DNA of 64,000 nt. It comes from Tubulanus polymorphus. Lineage: Eukaryota; Animalia; Nemertea. The notes under the pieces were generated by a model, which ran no database searches, was not told the origin of the DNA, and saw only the letters and a list, made by a program, of their open reading frames with translations. Shown here in pieces: positions 27,427 through 41,762 of the stretch (its first letter is position 1; the number at the start of each line of letters is the position of its first letter). Position numbers and translations under genes: made by a program. Location of the stretch: contig NC_134027.1 of NCBI RefSeq assembly GCF_964204645.1, positions 5,054,485-5,118,484 on the forward strand, written 5' to 3'.

Positions 27427-30400
27427 ATGCCACGCTCGTTTTTAGTGAAGAAAATCAGGTCGTATCATCATCACTATCGAGATGATAGAATATATATCAA
27501 GGAAGTACCCGATACACCGCCGAGTCCGGACGCACCGTTATCGGAATGTCAACCACCGAGTCCGACGACCCCACCGAGTCCAACCCCGGACAACTCGCCG
27601 TTGGCTTTACCGATGTCGATGTCGCCGTTCACTCCAGCTTTACTCCAACCGCTCACAGTTCGCATAAGCAATGGTAAGTTCTCATTCAGTACATATCGTA
27701 AAATTGTCAAAACATGTGCGCATAGCTTTCTGTTTTAATAAATGTAAGGATCTCGAAAGAAATAATCAAACAATTATTTCTGTAATGAATATCGTAAACT
27801 AAGGAGATGATTATCAAATTCATAGAGAAAATAGTTTAATTGTGAAATATTAAAAAAGAACATCTTACATGTGGATCTAGACTTCGAGGGAAATTCTAAA
27901 ACACGTGTCAATTTATACGATCCAAGATGATTGTTTTGCCACTCGGCGCCGACGATGGGTTTCATTTATTGCCGCAACTGTGTAAATGAAGTGCCCAAAA
28001 ACTAGGCTATCTTTTTATACTTTCGTTCTTCAACTCGCTTTCAATTTTGAAAGGCAAATATGAATATTCGTAGGTGTTATTCAGATTACGATTACAAATC
28101 CAGCTTTTGCCAAGTAGTTGGTAAACATGCGTTTGCTGTTAGATAAGTGGATGCATTAAAGGTATTATTGTGTTTAACGATAAAAAAGGATTTTGGCCGA
28201 AATTGTGGCAGGTGCACGTCTGTATTTCGAAAGCGCCGTAAAATCAGAGAACCTCAACTTGAAGACGGAAATAGGGAATCGTGGCATGTGCGAACTACGT
28301 GTGATCTGTTCGTCGTTGGTCTATTGTGATTTATAATAATAAGATGCACCCTTCGACTGCAACAGTTTCTTCATTTTGTCCACTTGAATCTTCTGACCAA
28401 CTGTCGATGTATCGACGTCCATCTGTCGAATCTACGGTCGGCCTATTGTCACCGGCTGCGCTCAACTGTTGCTATTCTCGCTTCATTCTTACCCCGAAGT
28501 CGGAATCATTTATTCGAACACGAGACGTCCGAAGATGAGCAGTGGCCGTAAACGAGTCATAAATCCCGCGCGTATTGTCAAAACTATCCCAGACGCGTGT
28601 CCATTCAGATTGTCTCGTTGCAAAAGGAAGCGACTGGCGCGTGTGTATGCTAATGAGATACGACCTAATTGCTGAAAAACGCCTTATTAGAAAGCTAGCC
28701 TTCGTGAGCAATTACGAATTATTTTTTCACTCGAAGTTCTCGTTTGTAGTAAAATATACATGTTTATGTCGTACCCTGGTAAGTAAAATATCAGAAATAT
28801 TGTGCACTAAGTTCGTTTGACCGTGATTAAATGTTATGACATAGCGAAGATTACACTCTCGACAGAAAATTAACTAGGTTTCATTTGAAATTAGAGAACT
28901 CGCGTAACTGCGTTCGTCAACTGTCAGTTTCAGTAGATCGTGGCGTTTGTCCGTGGGTTATGACGCATACACGGGTAAATTGGTTAATCAGTACTGCAAC
29001 GTACAGGTACAGAGTAGAAGTACCAGGCATGCATGCATGAGTCAGCTTATTACACGGCGACGTCTGACACACCGCGAGCAGACAAACATTGTTGCCCCGT
29101 AACGTGAGTTGCATCGGCAAAGACGGAAGGTAGTCCCCTAGTGACATCAGATCATGAATAATTAAACCGAGCTGATCGATGGATCGTTTGGTGCCGCAGG
29201 TCACCTGCATATTGATGCAGCAGCGACCGGTGTCAAATTAAACACGCATAATTTCTTTTTAAGCTAGATTTTCAAAATTGTCTTTCTCAAAAAACATCAT
29301 GCACTTTTAATAATAGAATAGAAAACTGTTAATTCGCCTTGTTCGCCTTATTCCAGACAATGCATATCATGTAATATTCGAAAAAAATTTAGGGAATATC
29401 TGTTTATGTGAGTCAGTAATTCGAGGTCTGAGCGCTTGTCCGGGAACCTTGTTGTGAAGGATATTAGCCGTGAACGCATCGTCCCTGTGGACAGACGGAT
29501 TAGTCTTTCTGTTCGTATCTTCCCTTGTCTTTTGTCCCCGACGTCTTTGTAATCGAGAATGACTCAGCATCTCCTCCTTGCGAGTGCTGCGAGTTACACA
29601 TGTATAGCTCATGTACAGACGGGAACTAATCATGCCATTTAATAATCCGCCGAAGGTAGCGTCTGGAGCCGTATTCTACCAATACTCTACCTACAACAAG
29701 TTGCCTTGCTTGGACTTCGGTCAAAGTCTCTCCGTAACAAAAAAAAAAAATAATCACGTTGATGCTATAAAATTGAGCTACTGTTGGATGCATTTGCACT
29801 TCCGGTGTTGTCAAAACTGCAGACTGACTGACTCGTAATTATTGAAGTAGTTCTTTTATTCCGCACAATTACATTGTTTCGCCAGCAACAGTTCATTAAA
29901 TCTAAAATGGATGAAAAACCGCCGACGTGCCTTTGTGACGGGCGACAAATCAATGAATCGTCGACAATAGAAATTTCATTGACAAGCAGAAATCATAGAT
30001 GACGACGTCACAGATTTAAATTAGGGACTCTAAAATCATTTTAGTGTCCCCGTTTAAATACAATCCATCTTGATAATCTTTATGACTTAAATGATTAATT
30101 CAATATGCACCTGATGGTGTGCTGCTCTACAATACATGTCGCAGTGATGCGATGCTAATTCATCAAAATCAATTGTCTTATATAAACTCCTATAAAACAC
30201 GGTATTGAAGATGGATTGGAGATATCACGCATATTTTATGAGTGGCTCGTGGCTTCTCAATGCAGGGAATCTCGACTATCGACTCGATAGTTTTTCTATA
30301 CATTCACACCACTTAACTAAGTATACCGCATGAAAAGTACTAAAGCTTGCGAATCGATGATTACATACGGGGACCCCGTGGAGGTGCTTCATGGTTCTTA

Positions 30401-31385
30401 TGTTACGCCCGAGTGTCGTCAGTGTTTGTTCGATGTTTCCAAAATATTCGGAAGCTTTGTTCGCTAAAAGCAGGTTATCGTTTACAACTATGATTTTTAT
30501 CCTTGCGATTACAATGGCAGGAGTTCAAAGAAATGAAATAGATCATATTTGAAAAGAACTAAACTCATTTTTAAATGATTACTCATTTCAGGTTATATCC
30601 ATGACGTACTTCATTCGACTGATCAGCATATTCGTCGCGATTCTACAGAGGTAAACAGCAGTCATGAGTCCGGAAGTGAAAGCGACCTTCCGAGTTCGTG
30701 CGGAAGCTCAGTTGGCGGAAGTGACATCAGCCACGATGACGTCACCAGACCCCATCACAAATCAAACAAATTCCAAGATGGTATCACGGTCGGTTATACG
30801 TACGATGCGTTTTTTATAACCGACGGTCGCTCGAGAGCTCGACGCGCATCACCAGAGAAACCGCGGCAAAGATACACGTGCAACGAGTGCGGCAAAACAT
30901 ACGCCACGTCTTCCAATCTGAGTCGACACAAACAAACTCATCGTAGCCTCGACAGCCAACTTGCCAAAAAGTGCCCGCATTGCGACAAGGTTTACGTCAG
31001 TATGCCTGCCTTATCCATGCACATTCTCACGCACAGCCTCAAACACGAGTGCCCGAAATGCGGCAAATCATTCAGCAGACCTTGGTTACTGCAAGGTCAT
31101 TTGCGCTCTCATACGGGAGAAAAGCCGTTTGGTTGTGCTCACTGCGGTAAAGCCTTCGCAGACCGATCGAATCTACGCGCCCATATGCAGACCCATTCCG
31201 CCTTCAAGCATTACACGTGCAAAAGATGCAACAAATCGTTCGCCTTGAAATCTTATTTGAACAAACATTACGAATCGGCTTGCTTCAAAGATGATGGCCA
31301 AGTGACAGAAAAAGAAATGGATTCAGGTGACAACAAGCTTGATCTCAGTGACGAACGGCCGGACCGTGGTGAAATGAGTGACTGA
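27427..31385 (+). CDS. scrt: Transcriptional repressor scratch (Snail superfamily C2H2 zinc finger), 2 exons, 346 aa
   Basis: Exon 1 27427-27673 starts with the SNAG motif MPRSFLVKK and ends AATG|GTAAGT. Exon 2 30592-31385 has the Scratch domain GYTYDAFFITDGRSR and five zinc fingers (CNECGKTYATSSNLSRHKQTH, CPHCDKVYVSMPALSMH, CGKSFSRPWLLQGH, CAHCGKAFADRSNLRAH, CKRCNKSFALKSYLNKH). Confidence 0.96.
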
Positions 31386-34300
31386 CTGATAAGTAAGCGA
31401 CAGTCTGTTTGAGAACGCTCAGATGTTACTCGGGAACAAGGATTAAATCCAGTCCAGTAATAATAACTCTTCCTCGGTGAACTGAATTATATTTTTCGCT
31501 ACAATTAAAACTATATTTGGCATAATGGATACGGATTATATTTTCATACGATGTATGTATGTGTATTTCGCTCTCAGTTTATTTTCTATTCGGACACATT
31601 CCGAGCCTGATGAAGCAGGGCTCAGTGACAAATATGCAAGTGAATTCCCCGCCGATAACACAGTCACATCGACCGTCATTTCCCGCTTTCGGTGTTCATT
31701 TTGACTCGCAGCTTCGATTCAAATGTTCATTTCGTGTCGGATTTCGAGAGTATAACCATGATGAGATAATTTTGTGCGTGAAAAAAAAATCCCACCGATA
31801 CCGGGCGAGAGGATAAACTCAGCTGTAAGACTGAATTAGAATGATGTAAGAAAACGATTGCGTACAGAAAGTGAAAAAGTGTCGAATGGCGTGGATCGAT
31901 CCACGGAAGATATTGCTCAGGTGGTGCGACGTGCGCATCTAACCGGATATGACGTTGTCAGCTCAGACGGTCATGCGACCGTCATTGTTTGGTGCTTCCC
32001 CCTCGCCCGTGCATTTTCTAGAAATGCGAACTGTATTTTGACATTTTTATATTCGTGTATAGTGATGGTTTTAGACGTCGTCAGTCATAATGTATGTCTT
32101 GTACATTCTATTTATTTGATTTATTTCTCAAAGTTTTGTATGTGTGAGTACCATTATAATGTATAGTGCGTGAGATATATTTAGTACCGTATAATACTCG
32201 TAATTTCAACGATTCAAAATCGTTATCCGAAGATGATGTGTGAGTAATTCTAGTCAGAATTGTATAGTTTTTTATTAATTGAAATATTTCGTATAACATA
32301 AATGAAAGCCATGTACAGTTTTTTCTACAAATATTCCTATTTATTGTAGGTGCGAACAAAAAATGTTGGAGAACGAAAAATCGTATTTTGTATTACCAAA
32401 TTTGTTAATGGCGGGTGATCGATACATAAAATGCTCATTATTTGATTTTTGTACAGAGCTGTAGCTTGTTTGTAGTATGCGTATCCATTTACCGGCTTAA
32501 ATGAACGCAACAGTAGACTGCCGCTGTTTACCCATTGTTTGCTAGCATCGCATGAATAGACCGACTTTCAGCCATGACGCATGGCCCTTCTGTTGCGCGT
32601 GGATATTAATTTTTCATCTCTGGCTAAAAATATTGCTGTTTCGTGTATTTTTATGTCGATGAATAGATCCCTTATTGATATAGCCCAGGATTTGTTGTTA
32701 TAGCTAATGCACTTGCAGGGCTAGACGTCCTGCGTTCTGTTACAGTAATTTACCGACGTTGCCGAGAAGCAAGCGTATCAATCTAAAAAATACTCCTTTT
32801 ACATCATATCAAAAAACTAGATTTCAACCAGTCACGCTATACGATCATTGGCATCTTTAGGAGCAAATTTTGTAGGTCTCAAAAATCGATTTAGGTTCAA
32901 TTTGAAATTTTCAATTCAATTTCGATGATGAATATTCACGATAGAAAAAATATCGATGTCTGGTTAATCTTATTTCGCGATCTTTAAAATCTTTATATCA
33001 CCTGATTGAAACATTTCCACGCGATTAATCGTATCAATCTACACGCAACGACGCGAATAAAAACTTCCTGTTCCGCTTTTTAACGCAAACGAAATTAAAC
33101 AACTAGTCTACGGGTTTTTCTAAGTCCAATAATAATTTGTTGGTCTGAAATAACAAAATCAGGATACCAAGTTTTTATTTTTGGTAGAAATGCGAACAAA
33201 ATACAAAACGATCAATGGATTCAGTGCAATTAATTATATTACTCGTCGTATATTCATAGGATGTTTTCATACTTATTTATTCATTTATTATACCATAACT
33301 TATTTATTAGTTACGTTGACACGTTGAATACCTCTTTACTTGCGGTCAAATCTACTTAAATTGTAAAAATATTGGTTTATATTCAACTATTACTATTATT
33401 TATGATATTTTCATTTTGAATATCACTTATTGTATAATTTTATTTCCCTTTTAATAATCGAATATAGATTACTAATGGATAGTTGTAAATATAACGATGC
33501 TTGCATTTATATATACACGTGACTCGTACACGTGATACACGCCGTACCGAACGAACCCCACCGATTTTAACCTGTATCATAAAAGATATTTTGATAATTC
33601 AAAAAAAAACTGTAAATAAGTGTAAATAATATAGGTAACTGGGTATGGCAGGTGAAAATACGATTTGTCAAATGTTTCCGTTTTGAAAAATTGTGCTTTG
33701 ACTTTTCACGTGTCGTAGCCCGACCTTGACAACCTTGCGAGCAATTCGAACAAAATGTGTATTACTAGTCGCACCGCTAGCATAGGCTCGGTCGTGTGCG
33801 GCTAGCAACGCGGTCAATGCCCGGTTTCTTCGACCCACCCGACTGTCGTCATAGCAAGAATCACTTGACAGATGGCGATTAATGCGTTCAACAGGCAATT
33901 TATAACCGACATCGCCTACAAATTATCGTAGATAAACCATCGTTGATCCCGAGATCCGCTTATTACATACTGAAAATTAATGAATTCAGACGCTGTGTCG
34001 ACTGTAATAACAAAATACGGCACATGGGTGGCCATATGTTCAAAAATACGACGGTTCATGTCGAACGTTTTTGGTTGGGAATATTGGATTTGATATGAAA
34101 TATGACAGAATTAATGTGTACGAATATGCTATAACCGACAAAGGTTTCATCAGGAGTATTCATTGATTTTGTGATGATACAATGCGGTTTTTAATTATTC
34201 ATTCTTTGCACCATTCTGTCGACAATTGAGAAGAGTCGCACCCCACTTCGACAGCCAACTAACAAATTATTGATGTATTTTATATATTTACGAACTACGT

Positions 34301-37300
34301 ATGAAGATGATTAAAATCTAAACCCATACATATATTGTAGGGCATTGATAACTTTTACGGCGCGGTCGCCATGATATTGAATGGAAATATATAAATACCA
34401 TATATATGTATAATGCGTATACCATACCATACCATATCATACATTAATATTTTGCACCATTTTAAAACATGTTTATTAATTGTTGATCATATTCGTACGA
34501 TAATATACTCACTAGCAATTTTAGACGGATTTACATAATGTTATATTCTATACAGTAAGCCCCCTCATACATAACAGCATAGCCTTAACCTTTTAAACAC
34601 GCGGAGTTTGGCGATTGAAATAAATCATAGTGCAATGTATATCAAAATCTATCGGTTCACAACTAAATGCGAAAAGCAAAACTTTTATGTAGCAGTGCAA
34701 TTTAAAAAAAACATGTGCTAGTTCTTTTTATACGTATAACTACATTGAACTTCTGTGTGCAATATTTAAGTGCCTCTAATAATAAGTCAAATATATATAG
34801 TTGCAATAGAATTCAGTATTGGCACTGTTTGTATTTTCTACGACATTCCATATTTACAGAATTCATAATATATTAGAGAAATGATGTTATGCAGTATTAG
34901 ATTTTAATGTGATATCACGATGTGTCACTGCATGCTTTTACACATAGATCTCTTCAACCTTTTTATACTCACTATTATATGATAATAATGATAATGATAA
35001 TATATTAAGAATTATGTAGTCGCCACTTGTAGAATATTTGTAAATTTGTACGTCCGCTTTCATAGATTCACCTTTATCTTCCGAATTCACTGACCAGATT
35101 TACAATGAAAAGTGTTATTTCAAAAAACTAAATTTTCATCAAGAATAAAGGTGTATTTAGATATAGATATGCTTGTAGTGTTAACAAAAACTGAATATCG
35201 AAAATGTATGTAGCAATTTCACAAATGATCAATGTTTTGATGAGAATGTATCGATCGCCTGCCAAATTCTGCTGTATAAGAGATTCCAACACGATAGTTT
35301 TATGCATTTTTCTATAGCAAAAATATGAAGAAAAGGCAATAAATCACTGAATTTGTAGAATATGTGTCTCGATGTGTATTTAATGTCGTCTTGTTCTCCT
35401 TCAATTATGATGGATGTGCAGGTTTTATCTATTTTTCTCGGACGGAACATTGCCAAGTCTTTTTGTATGTGGCGCCAAGAAGAAAAACGACTCTCATACG
35501 ACAGTGTGCCACGGAACGCGCCATTGCATTCATCAATTTTTGACTCTAGATTCTTGACTAGAATATAGTGTCGTATGACGTGATTTAAGCAATCAACTAG
35601 CAACGCATTCATTTATTTGGAAGAAATATTTACCTTGTCTTAACCAGTAACCTGTTTCATGACATTGACGATTTTGCTCATTCGTAACGCTTCCGGATGC
35701 TTGACATTCAAAATCGAAAATATGGCATCATTGACTAACGCCCGTTGATTTGAGAAACGACGTGGGAACGAATAAAGGCGTGTAGATTTGATTGTATCAC
35801 GTTGACAAGTGGGAGTAAAAAGGGGAGATAGTTTCGACTCGGGGGTGTAGTTGAACCCCCGCACCTCTCATTTTCATTAATTCTCACATTATGGTGTTGA
35901 AAGTTTAATTTGGTCGTAAATTCTTGGAGCTGAATTTTGCCTGTCGTCGCAGATGGGCAAGCTCGGCGGCCCGACTAATCAACTTAAGTGCTAACTGCTC
36001 GTGCTATTTAGAAGAGAAAACATCCATCGTTGATATCATTTCTTGGTCGAGATAGAATAACCAGATAGCTCAAAAGTGTTGGGATGAATTGAGGTGTGCA
36101 CACGATGAAGGAAGTATAGTATAGATCACGATATCGAACCCATGGTCCAAATTCAATCTAATCTCTGCTGATTCGAAAATCTCGACGACAGTTTGCGTGT
36201 TATGGCTGATTAAATTCGGGCCTAGAACCCATTTAAGATTGATGGATTCGAAGTTGGGGCAATTAGCGGCAGACTCGCTGCTACTCGGAACGGAACGGTT
36301 TGATTTTCTGTCGTTGTGTGATTTATGAAGCGCAGTACGACGAGAAACGACGAAACATATGAAATCAATAGATATTTTATATGTGATCGATGGGTTAGCA
36401 GTAACAAGGCACGTAAATCTCATTGATGTTTATCGAGTTGTGTTCGAAGCATTTCTTGTCGCTTAAATCTTATCAACAGGTATACATCAGTGACAGGTAA
36501 ACTCCCCCTTTGCGCCAGGCAAGTCCAATTATTTTAAAAGCATTCGTTTCGATGAATGCATAAAAACCGCTGATAATCAGCAACTGGAAGTGGTTCCCTA
36601 GCAGGCTACTTCGAGAGGAGGGAACTGAATCAAGATAATCAAGGAGCGTTTCTAAAATTTATCTTACACAATCTAAATATACGTCAATATACACGTACAT
36701 ACATATAGTGCAGTAAGGTAGAGCGCACGCTGAATCAAATTGGAAACGTATCGAATCTCGGAATCGGATTCTACGCGTGGGTATCTTTACGTTAGTTCAA
36801 CCAGGGTCACCTGCGCTCGTTTCCTTTCTTCTAGCTACTAATTAATTATACATCCGATTATGGCGCATTGACTAGTGGTAGGGTGTCTTGTTGCTTGCTT
36901 TGTAATCCATCAACAGGTATCGCATCTCTCAAACGATAATTATCTCTGCAACAATCACAATCGACCGGCAAAGACGTAACGCACAATAACCACGTTGCCC
37001 CCCTCCGTGTCTTTCATAATATTCTCATTTTGGCACTACGCTGACGTGTGTTGGTTTCTTATCATATAGCCGATGAAATAAATAGGATACCTTCAACTTT
37101 CATGGATTTTAATGGTGTCGCTAATCGGCACAATGGACTATAAAAGGAGATTACTAGAATCTTTTGTGCCAAGATGAATCCAGTTCCGCGATATCCTTAC
37201 AACCTTTGTTGATTAGAAATCAACGTATTGGGAAAGTGAGAAAGTATGTTTTGGAACCAGCGGTATTTCATCTAGTATCAAAGTTATTATACATTTTTTT

Positions 37301-38814
37301 AGAGTATACACTCTATAGAAATGTATTACTTTGACTCTGATTTATAACTAATTGATAATTTCTGCGAAATGTTAGTCTACTTTTCCCTTTTTTGATTAAG
37401 CATCAAATGCTGAAAAGTGCGTCATAACTAGATTGATGTTAATGTTTACTACACGCAAAAATGATTTTATTGCCGTCGCGACCAAATGACTGACAAACAA
37501 AGGAGACCGCCATTAGTTGCTAGAATTGATTGACCAAAGTCAATTAAACCGGAAGTTACACAAGTCACGTGGTGGTGTACTTCCCTAGCAACAGGCGCAA
37601 CAGGAAAACCTAGCATGAGAGTGCACGATATAAACCGAAGAATAAAAACTGTGTGAACGTATATCACACGCTAATTTTTTTCCGAATGAATGGAACAACG
37701 ACATTCGGAAATTTCAAAAGCATGTTCTTGAGAGGTCGTTGCGCGTTAGTGATTCATCGGGCGACTGAATCACTGAATAGATAAGTTTCGTTGCGTATAT
37801 CATATGTTTTGAGTTTTCAAAAAGAAGTTGTAATCACTAATATGTATTCCGTTTTTCATGATGGCCAGAAAGGTGTTTAATGAGTAGGCCAACCTCCCCT
37901 AACAACATACTTCATAGTGTCCTTTATTTGCTTAGCTTGAATGTGAAGCCTGGTCGGAGTCAAATGTGATGATTGTGTAGTTACCACGTCCAACAGCTGA
38001 TTTTATTCATTATGCCCGCGCCGATGACCAACCGCGTTATGACCGCTCTAATTACGAGAGGGTATCAATGACGTTTAAACACGCGATCCATCCATTTTTA
38101 CAAAACGCGTGTCCACTGTGGGACCTCTAATGACACGTGTCAATTGGCTGCCCGTCCATTGTATATAATATTGAATGCGATAGCAACCGTAGACGCTGCA
38201 AATATCCTACAAGTTGTCGATGAATATAAATATATATATTTGAGTCGATATATAGTATGTGAAACTGACAGACGCTGCCAACCAGCCACTTATAAGTATA
38301 AGTACGTATTTAATGACGCAACCACTTTTCGTTGCTACGGACTGAAAATATGATACCGAGATATGTTGGTTTCTCTACAAAAAAATATCACTTCCGTATG
38401 GTTAACGCTATTTGGGAGACGAGAAAAAAATAAAATCGTTATTTATTTACAAACGAAATTTCTGACGAAGAATTCAGTGATATGCATTCTCTCGATCGCG
38501 TCGTATATTGACATCTCCGAAATGACGATAGAACGGTAGTCGCATGCCATGGATAGAATCGCCTCTGCTAAGAGGAAAAAACGACTGTATAACACACGAA
38601 TCGCCATCTCATAAACCACAGCCGGCTTCATCAATATTAAATCAAAAGTGCTACTACTGATTGGAATCAATAAACTACCGTACTCAACAAGGCGCCATCT
38701 ATTTCAAACATTAAGTCAACTCGTTCAATAGTTGTACGACTTTTTCTATCTGACTTAATACAAGACCTTTAAACTAGATGTTCCATTGTTCGTGCGGTGA
38801 CGAGGCCAGACAAC

Positions 38815-41762
38815 ATGGATCTTCTAACGTTGGTACTCGGTACCATATTATTAGGAACATTTGTTTATATTTTCTTCAATCGTCGTAAGCGGTATCATCT
38901 TCCACCAGGACCGAGAGGATATCCGCTAATCGGGAACTCAATCGGTAGGTTTTATAAGCGACCCGAAGTCGCTCGTTTTCGAAAGAAATTGTAACCGTAA
39001 AAAGATAGTTGAATAAGAATTCTTGTATCAATTTAGCCTCGAGTCTTTTATGAATAATGAATTTGTTTTCGTATTTAGAGATGTTTGGAAGTAATTCTGG
39101 GAAGCCTCTATATCAGTATCTGGCTGATTTGTCTAAAACCTATGGTGACATATTTACTTTCTCAGCAGGTAAAGTATACGTGGTGTCGTGTCTTAAAATG
39201 GAAATGTTTGATCATACTATCGCATCGAACCGTTGTATATATGTATATGTGTGTATCTATTTGACTAGGATTCGGTAAGCCAGTTAAGATGATAATACTA
39301 AACAGTGCAGATGTTATGAACCAGGCATTAGTTAACCAGTCTGGTCATTTCGATGGTCGACCAAGTTTGTGGTCGTGTGAGTTGAATACTTCGATTTATC
39401 AGTTTTGACAATATTTCTTCCAATATGTGGGATTTTCTTTTCTATTTCTATTTAAGTATCTTACATATCGAAAGATAAAGATATCTTCATGGGTAACCCA
39501 TCGGATCCTGCGTGGAAGCTTAGTCGGAAACTTGCCACGAGTGGATTCAGGTATTTGTTCTGTGGTTATCCGTCAGCACTTTAGATTTGTTTTGATCAGT
39601 AAAGATTTTCCATGATATTTCAGAAATTTTTTGAGTGGCTCTCGATTGGATGGCAAAGTACATAGTTCTGTCGAGAAAGGCATCGCGATGTTATTAGAGA
39701 ATAATGGTAAACCAATTGACATGAAACCTGTGTTTAATCTTTTGGTCTACAATGTTATTTGTGACATGCTGTTCAGTGTTCAGTACGTTTCACTTTATTC
39801 ATAAAATTATCACTTATTCGTCTAGGAGAAATAAGTTCAAGTTAGATATTCCTTAGGTTTTCATTTTCTTTGAAAATGCATGAAAATTTACTGTAACAAA
39901 ACAAAAGTAATGAAATATGTCTAATTACAAAATGAACGCCAAAATTTACATTTGCATTTCTTAGGTTTTACTGATTACGTTTGAATTATTTAGATTTGAT
40001 CTTGGTGACAAAGATTTCAGAAAACTGTGCGAATCAATTGACAGAATCGATGAACAATTCAGTGACGGGTTATTGGAAGATTGGGTACCATTGTGGCAGT
40101 ACTCACCTATAAAAACCCAATTTACTAAAGAATTCATGGAAATCGTTAATTTTTTCGTCCAATACTGCACCGTTAGAGTCACAGAACACAAAAACAAATA
40201 CAACCCCGGTAAGCATTTATATGGTGTCTGATAAGGGCCACATGCATTATCTTTTAAAATGAACTCGATCATGGAAAACGCAAAATAAGAAACTAAAAGA
40301 AACATAAGAAACTTATAGACCAAGGACGAAAATTTCGTTACACCCTATAGCAAAAACGAAAATTATGGCACAAAAAAGAAAAATCAGAGCAAAATCGAAT
40401 TACTTCGTTTTTGTGCGGTAGTAGAAGTTTTCGTTTTTGCACTATAAGTTTCTACATGTATAAGATCGATCGTTTGTTCTTCTCATGATCGATGTTATGA
40501 TAAGAATAATGTATGTGGCCTCTGTCAGGCACTAATATGTTTTTTTTGTATAATTGAACTTTGATTGATTATTTTTCCACGTGACCTTCTTTTGCCCTCT
40601 TTATTTCAGACAATGTTTGCGATCTAATCGACTTTCTGATTAAAGCTAAAGAGAAAGTTCAACAAGACGACCCCAAACTAGCTGACCTATTTACAGATGA
40701 ACACATCGTTCAAATAGTTTCCGATACATTCATTGGTAAAGTGCAGCAAATATCTAAGTAAATCATTTACAGCATCTTAACGTCAACTACCCAATGTTAT
40801 TCTCTATCTTTAGCTGGAGTCAACACGGCGTCGCATACACTATATTGGGCAATGTACTTCATGGCAAAATATCCACATATTCAAGAAAAAGTTCACGAAG
40901 AAATTGACGAAGCGATTGGTAAAGGCATCTGTTGAATAAATATATTCGACAGTAGTTCTATACAACTGCAAAATAGTCGCAAATTACCACATTTTTCACC
41001 AAAATTGCATTATCATAAATATTCGATCTTGTAGGAAGTTTATTACCGAAGATATCAGACAAACAGAAAATGGTGTATTGTGAAGCAGTTATGTACGAGA
41101 CGATTCGGTTTGCTCCGGTTATACCGCTCGGATTGAATCACGCGCCAAGCCTTGAAAATGCCAAATTCAGTAAGTCTAGTCAGCTTTCACCTCACTAATG
41201 GAAACTCACCAAACGTTGATCATGAAACTAATCATATACAATTGTACCAGACATGAAGCCAGTTCCAATAAAATACAAATTTAAAAGTTACAGAGTTTCA
41301 AATAGTCAAAAATACAACACAATACCACGATTAAAAAGAATGTTTCTGCAGGATTAATAGTTTACGAAATTGGTATTGGTATTCTATTTATGTCACTACA
41401 CTATTTCAGATGAGTTTGATATACCCGCTGATGCACAGATAATCACTAATATTTGGGCTTGTCATCACGATCCACGAGAATGGGAAAATCCTGAACTATT
41501 CATACCCGAACGTTTCATACACGAAGATGAATCACTAATCGCCAAACCTAAAAGTTGGTTGCCCTTTTCGGCAGGACGTCGAGCATGCATCGGTGAAAAC
41601 GTGGCGAAACACGAGCTTTTCATTTTCTTCACGAGCATTCTCCAAAAGTTTAACATTCGATTTGAGGATGATAGCGTTAGTTCTCAACCGATTCAGTTCG
41701 GAAATAATGCGTTTGTCTGTTCACCAAAACCATACAAAGTAATCGTAACTCCACGTGGATAA
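38815..41762 (+). CDS. Cytochrome P450, clan 2 (CYP17-like), copy A, 10 exons, 504 aa
   Basis: Exons 38815-38944, 39079-39168, 39269-39376, 39457-39550, 39624-39782, 39994-40208, 40610-40735, 40814-40918, 41035-41169, 41410-41762 form one open frame. Motifs: N-terminal TM anchor, PPGP hinge, WxxxR, I-helix AGVNTA, ETIR, PERF, heme motif FSAGRRACIG. The family assignment below clan level is tentative. Confidence 0.93.
40223..40533. mobile_element. Foldback/MITE-like palindromic insertion in intron 6 of P450 copy A
   Basis: Left ggtgtctgataagggccacatgcattatc matches the reverse complement of the right end (agtgcctgacagaggccacatacattattc). The inner arms also match (agaaacttatag...cgaaaa). The element is absent from the equivalent short introns of copies B and C. 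Confidence 0.8.
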
